This document shows, piece by piece, positions 29,201-40,810 of a stretch of 64,000 nucleotides of DNA. Source of the DNA: Antedon mediterranea (lineage: Eukaryota; Animalia; Echinodermata); assembly GCF_964355755.1 (NCBI RefSeq), contig NC_092671.1, positions 6,572,001-6,636,000 on the forward strand. The letters run 5' to 3'. Below the pieces are notes generated by a model. It was not told the origin of the DNA and made no database searches. It saw only the letters and a list, made by a program, of their open reading frames with translations. The position numbers were made by a program, and so were the translations under genes. The first letter of the stretch is position 1. Every line of letters starts with the position of its first letter.

Positions 29201-32200
29201 TTCCTGTGTTAGATCTCTGTGAACCTGATGTTGTTATTAACTTTGCTCTTTGTCAGCCAGTAGGAAGCAGTGCACTAAATGGAAAGAACAAACTTCTAGG
29301 AAAATATGGCTATGCATTGATTGAAGGTGTAAGAGATTTTTATAAGCATTTTCCAAATGGTGCGTTGGACTCGAATAACCCTCCTACTCCACCGTCCTCG
29401 CCTCCAATTAAAAAGGATTTTCTCGTCAATGGGGAAATGCATACAGAAGATATCTCAAAGAAGTTACTTAAACAAAAAATTAAGTCAGGTAAGCATAGAA
29501 TTTATGAACAACTAACTCTGTTTTATTAATTAATATTAAATTACATAAATGGTGTTATAGTAATATTGGTGTAATAGGCTAGTCAATCTAGCATTTTGAG
29601 TGAAACAAATTGCAAACAGAGATTTTTTTTTTTTTAAATGGTTACATATGATAAGGTGATTATTTTTTGAGCATCACACCTCTGACACTCATCCCGAAGG
29701 TATGCAAATTAGCTTAAATATGCAAATTAGGGTGAAATTACAGGGTTACCATATCTTAATAACTACTAATCGTAGAGAGTTCATTTTTGCACAGTCTGGT
29801 TCAGAATATATATATTTATATTTGCTCTAATGAGACATTTTACATAAAAATGTCCGGAAGTACCAAATTTTGACCCTTGACCCCATTTCTCAATATTTAC
29901 ATAAATATGTGATTAAAATGTCTGTAGAGACTTTATTTTGGACTCAATCACTTGGATATTGTTTTTCAATACCCACCATAGAACTGTATTATAATTCCTA
30001 AAATCACAACTTCGTCACGCACCTCGAAAGTATGCAAATTAGTAGTACAAGTAATATTAAATATGCAAATTAGGGAGTGAAATTACAGCATTGCCATATC
30101 TCGAAAACCGCTAATGCTAGAGTGTTGATTTTTTCACTAAAATATTTAAAATGTATATATTTATATTTGCTGTAATGAGACATTTTACAAAAAAATGCCC
30201 GGAACTATGACATTTGACCCTCGACCCCATTTCTCAATATTGGATATATAATGAAAACTAAAATGTCTGTAGAGACTTTGTTTTGCCCTCAAATGACTCG
30301 GATACAGGTTTCTAATAGCCAACATAGGAATGTTTAGTAAATCTCAAAATCACACCTGTATCACTCACCTTCAAAGTATGCAAATTATTAGTACAAGTTA
30401 CATGAAATATGCAAATTAGGGGGTGAAATTACAGGTTCCTATATGTATCGAAAACCGCTAAGGTAGAGAGTTGATTTTTTCAAAAACTTGTTCAGAATGT
30501 ACATATTTATATTTGCTCTAATGAAACATTTTACGAAAAATGACCGGAAATACAACAATTGACCCTTGACCCTATTTATCAATGTTTGCATACATAATGC
30601 AACTAAAATGTCTGTAGATAATTTTTTTGGACTCAAATGACTCGGATACAGTTTTCTTATTGTCAGCATAGGACCTCTTTGTAATTCCCAAAATCACATC
30701 TTTGTCACATACCTTGAAAGTATGCAAATTATTAGTACAAGTTACATGAAATATGCAAATTAGGGGTGAAATTACAGTCTTCCCATATCTCGAAAACCAT
30801 TAATGCTAGAGAGTTGATTTGAATTCAGAGTTGATTCAGAATGTACATATTTATATTCGCTGTAATGAAACATTTTATGCAAAAATTGTCTTGATTGAAT
30901 TATGACATTTGACCCTTGACCCTATTTCTCAATATTTTCATATAATTCAACTAAAATATCTGTACAGACTGTTTTGGCCTCAAATGACTCAGATACAGGT
31001 TTTCTATAGCCAGCATAGAACTGTAGTAATTCTCAAAATCACACCTTTGTTACTTCCCTAGAAAATATGCAAATTAGTAGTACAAGAGGTGAAAGTTGCC
31101 ATATCTCTATCGGTCATTAGCGTTTTTCGAGATACATAAGGCTGTAATTTGCATATTTCATATAACTTGTACTAATAATTTGCATACTTTCGAGTTGCTT
31201 GACTTTTGGAATTACTAAACGATCCTATACTGGCTATATAAAACCTGTATCCAAGTCATTTGAGGCCAAAACAAAGTATGTACATACATTTTAGTTGCAT
31301 TATATGAAAATATTTAGAAATAGGTTGGAGGGTCAAATGTCATACTTTCGATAATTTTTGTTTTCAATAATGACCCAGACACAGGTTTTCTATAGCCAGC
31401 ATAGAACTGTTTAGTAATTCTCAAAATCACACCTCTGTTACTTCGCTTGAAAGTATGCAAATCAGTAGTACAAGAAAGTTGCCATATCTCTCTCTCTCGG
31501 TCATTAGCGTTTTCGAGATACAAATTCACTGTAACTTGCATATTTCATATAGCTTGTACTACTAATTTGCATACTTTCGAGGTGCTTGACTTATACTGGC
31601 TATATAAAACCTGTATCTGAGTCATTTGAGGCCAAAACAAAGTCTGTACATACATTTTAGTTGCATTATATGCAAATATTGAGAAATAATAATAATAATA
31701 TCCTGGATTTATATAGCGCCTAATGTTGTGTAACCTCTAAGCGCTGTACATAAACTAATACGAAAAAAGGGAATTCCAACCATGCCAAAACGAAGGCGTG
31801 ATTTTGGGAATTACAAAGCGGTCCTATGCTGACTATAGGAAACATGTATCCGAGTTATTTGAGTCCAAAACAAAGTCTCTACAGACATTTTAGTCGCATT
31901 ATGTATGCAAACATTAATAAATGGGGTCGAGGGTCAATTGTTGTATTTCCGGTCATTTTTTCGTAAAATGTTTCATTAGAGTAAATATAAATATGTACAT
32001 TCTGAACAAGTTATTGAAAAAATCAACTCTCTAGCCTTAGTGGTTTTCGATATATAAGAACCTTTAATTTCACCCTCTAATTTGCATATTCCATGTAACT
32101 TGTACTAATAATTTGCATACTTTGGAGGTGAGTGGTACAGGTGTGATTTTGAGATCTACTAAACAGTCCTATGTTGGCTATTAGAAACCTGTATCGGAGT

Positions 32201-35200
32201 CATTTGAGGGCAAAACAAAGTCTCTACAGACATTTTAGTTTCATTTATATATGCAATATTGAGAAATGGGGTCGAGGGTCAAATGTCATACTTCCGGTCA
32301 ATTTTTTGTAAAATGTTTCATTGGAGCAAATAGAAATATGTACATTTTGAATACGGCTGTGAAAAAATCAGCTCTCTAGCATTAGTGGTTTTCGAGATAT
32401 AGGACAACTGTAATTTTTTCCCCTTATTTGCATATTTTATTTAAATTGTACTACTAATTTGCATACTTTCGAGGTGTGTGACAAAGGTGTGATTTTGGGA
32501 ATTACAAAGTGATCCTATGCTGGCTATTAGGAACCTATGTCTGGGTCATTTGAGGGCAAAATAAAGTCTCTACAGACATTTAAGTCACATTGTATATGCA
32601 AACATTGAGAAATGGGGTCGAAGGTCAAATGTTGTACTTCCGGTCATTTTTTCGTAAAATGTTTCATTAGAGTAAATATAAATAAATACATTTAGAATAG
32701 ATCAGTGAAAAAATCAACTCTCTCGGACTAGTAGTTTTTGAGATATGGTAACCTTGTAATTTCACCCTAATTTGCATATTTAAGCTAATTTGCATATCAT
32801 CGGGATGAGTGACAGAGGTGTGATGCTCAAATTTTGATCTCCTCATCATATATGACCATTTAAAAAAGAAAAATCTCTGTTTGCAATTTGTTTCACTTTG
32901 GGCTGTTTTTTTTGCTAGATTGACTAGCCTATAAATATTATTTCAAGATTGAATATTTTAGAGTGCAAATTTAATTTGAGCATTTTGTATGCATGCATTT
33001 TCTTTGGTTTTTGTGGCAGGAAATAAATTGCTACAAATATTAATTTTTTGAGCATCCCTGAAATGTTGGTATTTTATTTTACTCCTTTCCTTTCTGTTAC
33101 CAAGGTGCCATGCCTGGTCTAAGAACAAGCCCTCTATCCTCTGTCGTTCCTGTATCAGATGTAACACTAACAACTGGAGATGAACTTATACGAGAGATGC
33201 AATCGCATCAGCGTACAATAACGAGAGCCACAAATCTAGCGTATAGTGGCGTCAAAGTACCGCCATCATTACCAACACCACCACCGTCAAACGCCAATTC
33301 TGCTGAAGAGGTAAACCGAATGCGGATTCGAATGATGTTGCAACAAGATTCAAACGTGCCTTCGTCGTCGCCAGAACTAGATGATACTGAACCTGTACGA
33401 TACAAGGGTTTACGTTTGATCACAGAAAACGCAGAGTCACTCTGTAAGAAAGAGAGGTCCACCTCACCAGCATTTGCTATTGTAAAACCCACGCCTAGGA
33501 GAGGTAAGTACCAAGCGCCTCATTCATGCACCCACCTATTCCTGCCCAGATTTTTTTTTTTTAAAGCCATATTCAATATTATTATGATTTATTTGCATGA
33601 ATGAAAATATTATTTTTGTTTAATATATAATTGACCTTCATTTACAAATGATGGTTGCATGGTTGTTCTTATGCTTCATGTTATTTAAAGATCATTGTTA
33701 GTGTCATAATATATGAAATTTAAATAGTCAATAAAAAAAGTGTATAGAGAGAAAATTGCTTCCCCGTGTTCTATAACGTGTCACGTATAGCTTGATAATT
33801 TACATATTACAGGGTCCTCCTGTTATTCAAAGCACAATATGCTATTGTTTGCTCTGTTTGGTTACGGCTGGCATTGAGATGAGACGTATGTCAGAAACGC
33901 TAATAAATGGTTCTCTATGAGAATATCTTATTGCTGCAAATGTTCATTCTTTTGCATTAAGTAAGAGGAACCTTGCAGATGATAAGAGAATGTAAGGTTA
34001 CATGTTCTTGTTTTTTATTCAGTGCATCCTGCAGTTGCAATTTCTAAGAGCAGTAGTGTACTGTCTCCAGGTGCGAAGATGTTAGTAGCTGGATCGTCTG
34101 TTACATTAACACTCAATCAACATGCTGGTGACCCACATAGTATTGTTGCCAGTTTAGCCGAAATTCTCAAGATACCTGTTCCGTCCATCATTCAGTTGAA
34201 TAACTTGAAGCAAGAACATTCCTTAGGTATGCATTTTGCTTTATCTTTTTGTGTCTGTTGTGCTTACTCTGTGAGGTGTGTTTTGTATGGATTGCTTACT
34301 GTGAGTCTACTGTTCAATCTATGCATGAAATATTTTTCTTTTAAATGAATTCCAAAACAGAATAATTATTTTTTGTTTGTCTCAGTAACTACATATTTAT
34401 CACAATTTTCTTTATACTGTTTTGGTATTTTGTAACCATCTTCTTGCAAATGAATTCATTTAAGTTTATAACTTCAAGTACTTTTTTTTTGGTAGAAGTA
34501 ATTTTGACCAATCCAAATTTATAATCAATTTATTTTTGTGTTTACCATTCAAGGTATCAATAAAATGGATCCTTCTGTGAAAGAAGCGCACAATCTATTG
34601 ATATCTGCTTCATCTAGTAAACAACGCTTCTGCAAACACTGTGATGTCTTGATACTCGGAGAAGCTGTCTACAAACCATCAGACTCTACTCCTCCTGGAA
34701 AGTCTCCAGATCCATCATCAGTATTCTGTAGCACAAACTGCTTCATGCAATGGACCATTTCTCAAAGAACACAAACTCAAGTTAAAACGCAAGAACTCAC
34801 TGGTCCCGTTGTCAACCATCCAAGTCACGAGTCTCTTTTGCCTCCAAAACTTGTATCTCCAACACAGTTAAGTCCGCCACCTGTCTCACCAGGGCCTCCG
34901 CCACCACCAAAGCCAGAGGTGAAGGTGGAAGAAGTCAAAATCTCAGATGTGAAAAGGGAATACAAAGAAATTTTAAAGGAAGCAAAAGAGGCAAGTGCCT
35001 TAAAAGAAGCAAAGGAAAAAGAAGAAGCAAGACTAGCAAAGGAAGCTAAAGAATGGAAAGTGAAGGCTCAGATTAAGAGAAAACTAGCGGAAATGCCAAA
35101 ACCAGTAGGTTTAATTTTAATTCAATTTCAATTTTATTTCGGATTCACGTCCATAGTTACAATTCTATTGCAGCTTAAAACAAGTATAAATATATAAATA

Positions 35201-38200
35201 ATAAAAAAAAAATAGAAAATAAAAAGAAGAAAAAAATGTTAATGTTTTCAATCCCATTCGGTTTTCAGTGAAAGTGAAAACTTATCATTTAGCAAAAAAA
35301 CAAAACTGCAAATTACAATACATACTCCACAAGCAAATGGCATATGCATCAGGCATCTGTTACTGTACTAAGTTTAACCTTCAATCATGTGTTTACTGCT
35401 TGAATACTTTAATTATTTTTCTTTAATACTTTGATATACTTTATTTGTTATTTTAGCAACCCAATATGAAGAAATGGAGAAATATTCGTTACAAGAAATG
35501 GTCTATGTTCTGTCTACCACCAAAGAAGTACTCGGATCCGGATGAAGAAGATATTGATGTTGTAAGCTAACCTTTTACTTGTCTTTGGAATTAAATATTT
35601 TGATTGCCTCATGGGATGTTGTTTAAAAGTAAAACTTTTTTTAAAAGACAAAATATTGAAAATGTTTTTTCCTGCACCGAACAATGTGATATTCATGATA
35701 GAGCCATTTCACAAATTTTCCTATGAAAAACATTTTTATATGAAATTACAATCCAATTTCTTTTATGCTAAATTGCCATCTATCTAAGTAGATTAGAGTT
35801 TGTTATTCTTGTTTACAGTGTTCTGCATAGGTTAAACTCCATCAGTTACACTAAAAATCTTTTTAATTTTTGCACCCATAGTTTTTTCCTAATCTAATTT
35901 CAGATCAGTAAACATTTTACTCTTGCAATAATACAAATGCATGTTTATTGTTAATCTTTACACAGTTAATCCAGAAACTGGGAACATCACTGCGACCAGA
36001 ATCTGGATTGGAAGACGGAAGGAATTGCATTCTTTGTTCAGACCATGGAGATGGTGAAACGAATGGCTCAGCAAGGTATTGTGCCTTGCCCAAGAAAATA
36101 AATTATAGTCGAACTCTCTCTTTTGGGGACACCACTATTCAGGGTACAACCCTATTAGGGGGACACTTCCTCATGAAATACTAACACTAAAACCAACCAC
36201 TATTCAGGGGACACCTTTTTTAGGTGACTCTCTTTATGGTTGTTGTCGCCATATACAGATTCAGGATGTTCAAGATAACTTTATCTTAAATTGTACTATA
36301 TTAACAACGAATATTTGTAATGTATTTATCCATCAAAAAAACTTAACTGTAGTAACCAAATCTGTCTCATTTTACAGGTTACTTAATTGTAACGTTAACT
36401 CATGGGTGCATCTCAACTGTGCACTGTGGTCATACGAGGTATATGAGACGTTAAACGGCGCCCTCATGAATGTTCATACATCGATCAAACGAGGACTTTC
36501 CAACAAGTGTTGCTACTGCAGCAAGTTCGGAGCTACAGTTCTATGTCAAAAGCTTAGGTGTTCTAATATCTACCATTTTGGCTGTGCAATCAATGATAAC
36601 TGTATGTTTTTCAAAGATAAGGTAAGAATAATAAATGTTAAAATGTATTTATTTTTTTCTTGACATTTCAATATATGAATATGACTAGGCAGATATTGTC
36701 AACATTTTACAATATTAAAAGAATATGAAAGTTTTCATTTAAGTCCTCCAGTCTTATTGTTACTGACTGTATCTCGCTTCTTTTTTCAGACTATGCTTTG
36801 TCCTCTTCATGCACCATCAAAGAATACAGACAACACGCTAGAGTCGCACATTGTCTTTCGTCGAGTGTATGTTAGTAGAGATGAACACAAACAAGTGGCG
36901 AGGTAAATATCTTATGTCTTATGTCAGTCAGTCATCAATTATGATCAAATGTCCAAATATTTTCTTAATGTTTTTATATTTTCCTTTGAGCTTTATTAAA
37001 GTTTATTTAATGAGGAAAAAAAAATTGTGTTAATATATACTATATACTCATTTTGGCGTTATACGAAATGTTGGCATTCCCTTTCCAGCTGTTTTAGTTA
37101 TTATGTTTTTGTTTGTACAGTATCTCTATTCAGATCCACCCACAGCATTGTCATTTTCAGAAGTTTGCCTTTGGATTTATATTTAAATAATATTTATATC
37201 CAATAAATTATTTGTCTGTATTGTACCTTTCTTTGTCTTAGGCTCTATCTACACTATCAAACTAGTTTGACAAAAGGTGCGATGTTCTCAAATATAGTAG
37301 TGATATGCCCAAATATGGTGGTGATATGACATCATCATCTCCATATATCACAAAGTTTTAATAGTGTTTTAGAGCTTTATGATTTATATATGTATTCTGT
37401 TTACAGGGTGATGCAAGACAATGAATGTCAACGAACACTGCGTGTAGGAAGTCTTGTGTTCAAATGCATTGGTCAACTTCTTCCACACCAAATGCAATCA
37501 TTCCATTCAACAACTGCTATTTTTCCAGTAAGTCGACAGCAACTAGTAAAAGCAATATGTTGAAGATATCATTGACCTGTTTGGTCATTCCATGTGAATT
37601 CAACCGTATCGTATCAGATTTTGATGAAACTTGATAAAAATGATCCAATATGTGAAAAACCCAAAAAAAAATATTCTCTTCATTGATAGAATATGTAGTT
37701 TTAAAATAAGCGAATTCCCCAAGTTTAAGTTAAATTTAAACTAAAGTTATCATAGCTTGAAATAGCAATTTTGTTTAGTGGCACAGGTTTTTTTCCTGCT
37801 AGTTTTGGGTTCACCCTGTCTCCATACAAGTGGAAATATATATATATCCCTATCCAAATAAAAAAAACCTATATTCCTCTTAGATGTTGTAAATGTACTT
37901 AATCAATTTTTTACAGGTTGGGTTTGAAGCGTCACGTTTGTATTGGAGTATGCGATACACCAACAAACGATGTCGTTACGTATGTTCCATTGGCGAATCC
38001 AGCGGGAAACCATTATTTACAATCCGTGTCCAGGAGCAGGGGCATGAAGATGTCACTGTACAAGATACTACAATTAGAGGTAGATTATTTTTTCTTTAAT
38101 TCAACTATATTTTGGTTACTTCACAGATACTTTTTATAATTATTATTATTATATAATTAGATGTGCACATATAATGATATGCACACAGGGAAACGATTCC

Positions 38201-40810
38201 TTATCATGCACTTGTGCATTGTATATACATGTGATCAACAGCTTTACTTTTCATCCGAAGGACGAGTCTCAAACCCATGACTTTTCCATGCTTGTTCAAT
38301 ATGCTTTACCATTATGTACAGTTTAATTACTTATGTTTAAATTAGTCTACTGTTGTAATTGGGTGTCTAGAAAACTTAGATCTAGAAAACTCAGACATCT
38401 GAGTTTTCTAGATCTGAGTTTTCTAGACACCAGTTGTAATTATTACTAAATGATAATGTTTGTATATTTCAGGCGTTTGGCAGAAGATTTTATTACCTAT
38501 TGAAAAGCTACGACGTGAAGCAGACATGCTTAAACTCTTTCCAAGATTCATCAGTGGTGAAGATTTGTACGGTCTGCAAGAACCGGCCATTCTAAGAGTA
38601 CTTGAATCGGTAAATATACAGATAATAGTTATCAGAATTTACAAACAACTTACAACAACGTCTGTCTGTAAATATGTGTTACCTCATCTGATTCATTTTA
38701 TTTAGGATATTTGTTGTATATCCACAGTATTACAGGCCTAATTTGTAACTATGAATAATGTAACACTCAAGGGGTCAACACAATGGTCAAGTTGACCTAT
38801 AAAACCTAGGAAAACCTTCACCAATGGCTGCCTTAACTAATCGAAAGATTTTGATTTTAAAATATCTAATTGAACTTGTCTTCATCTATTGTAGCTTCCT
38901 GGTGTTGAGCTGATCCAGAACTATCAATTCCGCTATGGAAGATCTCCATACTTGGAACTCCCGTTAGCTATCAATCCATCAGGATGTGCTCGCACTGAAC
39001 CCAAGATGAGAACCCATGTTAAAAGGTAAGATATATTGTACAAATAATGTATGTTTACAAATAATGCCATGAGGTGAATGATGAAAAGTTGTAGTTCAAA
39101 ATAGGCAGCGCTTTCACGTTCAGAATCGGTGTAATGGTGGAAAATACTATTTAACGATTGTTAAATAGTGTCAACTATTGACCCACAATCGCCCAATCAA
39201 ATGACAGGAAATACACATAACTGATAAGAAAGATAGGTGTAACCTGAATTTTGTAATCTTAGTATTTCATTATAATTTAAGTAACAATTAACATTTACAT
39301 ATTAATTAGAACTATTTAAATGCTTTACTGCACGCATTTTTTAAATAATTGTTCTTTTCTCAGATCTCACACCCTGACCAGCAACACAACCTCACGGTCT
39401 TACCATCAACCATTGGTTACTGGTGATAGCATATATCCATACAAGACCTTTGTACACTCCAAGACATCTCAATATCGCAAGATGAAAAGTGACTGGAAGT
39501 CAAATGTTTATCTGGGCCGCTCACAGATTCAGGTAAGGAAAAGAGATTAATTGCAAAGGTTCTCAATAACTTTTTTTTTTTACACAGATGTCATATTTGT
39601 ACAGTTGGTATTGTGTTTTAATAGCCGACACTATCATACAGAAAGACCCAGGTTCCATTAATAATCCTGGTTGAACAATACTACTAGGGAGAATAAGGCT
39701 GCATGGAACTGGCCAGCCTACCACATAATTATTTCAAATCAGTAGAAATTATTTATTCTAAATCCCTGTCTATACTATAGTATCAGACTTTATGTGACAT
39801 ATGATGTGCCCATATATGGACATGATGATGTGTGTGATGATAGGGTAGACAGAGCTTAATTTAATCATAAGGGTTATATTTATATTCTCATTTGTATCTC
39901 AGGGTCTTGGACTTTATGCTGCCAAAGACATTGAGAAACATACAATGGTAATCGAATACATCGGTACGCTAATCAGAAACGAGGTTGCTAACCGTAAAGA
40001 GAAACATTACGAAGAATCGAATCGTGGTATTTATATGTTCCGATTGGATGATGATCAAGTGATCGACGCAACGTTATCCGGAAACCCGGCTAGATACATC
40101 AACCACTCATGCAATCCTAACTGCGTTGCCGAGGTAGTCAGTTTTGAGAAGGATAATAAGATTATCATCATCTCCAACAGGCGCATCACCAAAGGCGAAG
40201 AGGTAAATATATTTAATGGTAGTGTTTATACATGATTTTTTCTTAGTCAGCCTTGTATAGTGATTTATGTATGCTTGATGCATCTTGTTAAGTTATGTAT
40301 ATACACTATCAGACTAGTTTGACAAAGAAAGTGTGATGTGCCCAAATATGGTAGTTATATGACATCATCATGTCTATACAAGGACACATCACATTTTTTT
40401 TGTCACATAAAGTTTGATAGTGTAGACAGAGCTTTCATTAAGAAAACTTGTATTGTCAATTTGCTGTTCTATGTACACCTGGTTGGTTTCAGCTTGTATT
40501 GGTTGAGAAAATATAAATATTAAGATCTTTTTACTCAAGGTTACTATTTTCAAGTAAAGATTAATAATAGTAACCCACTACTTAGTCCTCTAAAAACACC
40601 CAGTATGTAAATTAGTACTCCCCTATTTTGGCAACCATAAATGTGTACTGATATTACTAATAGTATTTTTCTTTTTGTGTACTCATTTCTTAACCATTTT
40701 TTTTCTTTGTGTAGCTTACATACGATTACAAATTTGACTTTGAAGACGAGGACCAAAACAAGATTGCTTGTGGCTGCAAAGCACCAAACTGTAGGAAGTG
40801 GATGAACTAA
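2300..40810 (+). CDS. KMT2C: Histone-lysine N-methyltransferase 2C/2D (MLL3/4, Trr-type) orthologue, multi-exon, 5' partial
   Basis: Frame-consistent exon chain read by eye: 2300-2349, 2436-2491, 3011-3337, 3802-4014, 4259-4392, 4693-4907, 5388-5445, 5673-5853, 6676-6790, 7193-7386, 7659-7791, 8192-8276, 8481-8662, 9507-9635, 12952-13068, 13362-13481, 13687-13791, 14135-14316, 14743-14907, 15307-15482, 15993-16202, 16579-16839, 17148-17281, 17572-17766, 18067-18172, 18650-18787, 18893-19130, 19595-19788, 20135-20208, 20933-20983, 21397-21646, 21852-24587, 24902-29488, 33105-33503, 34023-34226, 34554-35104, 35457-35561, 35966-36075, 36378-36621, 36790-36902, 37407-37527, 37917-38079, 38473-38609, 38895-39025, 39364-39532, 39903-40202, 40715-40810 (TAA). 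KMT2C/D-type motifs: DMCVSCGSFGKGAEGRLL, RKPYRPGIGGF, QEAFFGK, KWEKDEHLG..ATISPVLYAN, LLEEQPLLLQDLLDQE, NNPFSEAFQ, GCARTE, C-terminal CRKWMN*. Small exons in low-complexity regions are less certain. Confidence 0.95.
2651..2831. mobile_element. Short degenerate MITE with CAGGCCT/AGGCCTG termini
   Basis: Short TIR; internal repeat CACTCCTCAA; flanks TATTGT/CATTGT only partly match. Confidence 0.35.
3802..7791 (+). CDS. KMT2C: KMT2C/D exons encoding the N-terminal ePHD and first PHD finger cluster
   Basis: VCSLCCCGEKSLLGQGDL, GHCTAHHCCAAWSENV, CTSCGQHYHGNCLDPP, WQCPDCKICQTCR, KILLCDSCDKGYHTFCLKP, GWKCK; GT-AG boundaries. Confidence 0.93.
7875..8015. mobile_element. Harbinger-type MITE family 1, partial copy
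   Basis: AGCTTTGTCTACACTATCAAACTAGTTTGA plus three AAATATGGTAGTGAT units. Confidence 0.7.
9693..12640. mobile_element. Non-autonomous CMC (EnSpm/CACTA-type) DNA transposon, ~2.95 kb, in a KMT2C intron
   Basis: TIR CCCTTTGCAAAAAA.CCGTATACG / CGTATACGGCTTTTTTGCAAAGGG; 2-bp TSD TG at 9691-9692 and 12641-12642; dense subterminal CGTATACG repeats at both ends. Confidence 0.85.
13687..15482 (+). CDS. KMT2C: KMT2C/D exons encoding the second PHD finger cluster
   Basis: MCVSCGSFGKGAEGRLLSCSQCGQCYHPYC, GWRCLDCTVCEGCG, LLLCDDCDISYHTYCLDPPL, WSHAVCDGL..YHCTWCRP. Confidence 0.95.
15714..15864. mobile_element. PIF/Harbinger-type MITE family 1, full copy
   Basis: Family TIR consensus AGCTCTGTCTACACTATCAAACT (left end here slightly diverged) / AGTTTGATAGTGTAGACAGAGCT; TTA TSD on both sides. 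Confidence 0.85.
16240..16530 (-). mobile_element. RTE-clade LINE ORF2 3' fragment, interrupted by a family-1 MITE (~16272-16365)
   Basis: Minus strand reads ILRIWLPERI...EIEICRRKWR*IGHTLKR, resembling the RTE C-terminal RRKWRWIGH motif. Confidence 0.6.
16905..17074. mobile_element. hAT-like MITE
   Basis: TIR CAGTGGCGTAAC / GTTGCGCCACTG; GC-rich interior with GGCCC repeats; 8-bp flanks match at only 5/8. Confidence 0.6.
18338..18497 (+). repeat. 160-bp direct duplicate of 17458-17617 (intron end, acceptor and exon start)
   Basis: Identical except one visible A/G difference (17543 vs 18423); offset 880 bp. Confidence 0.92.
19595..20983 (+). CDS. KMT2C: KMT2C/D HMG-box exons
   Basis: KWEKDEHLGNMATISPVLYANMNYPDLKKDFP / DWPSRAKQIQKLWRKVTPEEKQPFL / QYAKDNR. 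Confidence 0.9.
19839..19983. mobile_element. PIF/Harbinger-type MITE family 2
   Basis: Termini AGATTGGTTCCCACT / AGTGCGAACCAAGCT, TTA TSD; related sequence at 45794-45897 and 47081-47247. Confidence 0.7.
21852..24587 (+). CDS. KMT2C: KMT2C/D large internal exon (P/Q-rich, LXXLL motifs)
   Basis: Open frame of 2.7 kb bounded by AG at 21850-21851 and GTAAG at 24588; HLKELL, PPPPYP, LDDLF..GEFNIL, LLEEQPLLLQDLLDQE. Confidence 0.9.
24902..29488 (+). CDS. KMT2C: KMT2C/D largest exon (Q/P/M-rich, coiled coil, 9-aa tandem repeat)
   Basis: 4.6 kb open frame; KRKKVLSARQRSCKKSGRVFPESD, NNPFSEAFQARE, LLKQLLQ, LKQLPVLDLCEP, SNNPPTPPSS. Confidence 0.92.
26503..27290 (+). repeat. Coding 27-bp tandem repeat (xPGQQSPMM x ~29) within KMT2C
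   Basis: CCTCCAGGTCAACAATCACCGATGATG units; translation visible in the ORF track. Confidence 0.92.
29575..32931. mobile_element. 3.35 kb foldback element made of ~345 bp tandem units (possibly Academ-type, non-autonomous)
   Basis: Termini TAGGCTAGTCAATCTAGCA / TGCTAGATTGACTAGCCTA flanked by TAA on both sides; forward units near 29672, 30000, 30346, 30690, 31035 and inverted units near 31797, 32141, 32487, 32818. Confidence 0.85.
31686..31770 (-). mobile_element. L2/CR1-type retroposon 3' tail nested in the foldback
   Basis: Minus strand TGTACAGCGCTTAGAGG...GGCGCTATATAAATCCAGGAT(ATT)n. Confidence 0.55.
35966..40810 (+). CDS. KMT2C: KMT2C/D C-terminal ePHD, FYRN, FYRC, WIN, SET and post-SET exons
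   Basis: WVHLNCALWSYEVYET, LRVGSLVFKCIGQLLP, VGFEASRLYWSMR, LPLAINPSGCARTEP, MVIEYIGTLIRNEVANR, ARYINHSCNPNC, EELTYDYKF, CGCKAPNCRKWMN*. Confidence 0.97.
37241..37376. mobile_element. Harbinger-type MITE family 1
   Basis: GGCTCTATCTACACTATCAAACT...AGAGCT with TTA on both sides. Confidence 0.75.
38361..38432. mobile_element. 72-bp palindromic Mutator-like mini-element, 9-bp TSD
   Basis: GGTGTCTAGAAAACT.AGA... / ...AGTTTTCTAGACACC; GTTGTAATT at 38352-38360 and 38433-38441. Confidence 0.8.
39765..39856. mobile_element. Harbinger-type MITE family 1, internally deleted
   Basis: GATGTGCCCATATATGGACATGATG...GTAGACAGAGCT. Confidence 0.6.
40302..40435. mobile_element. Harbinger-type MITE family 1
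   Basis: TACACTATCAGACTAGTTTGAC...AAGTTTGATAGTGTAGACAGAGCT. Confidence 0.75.
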
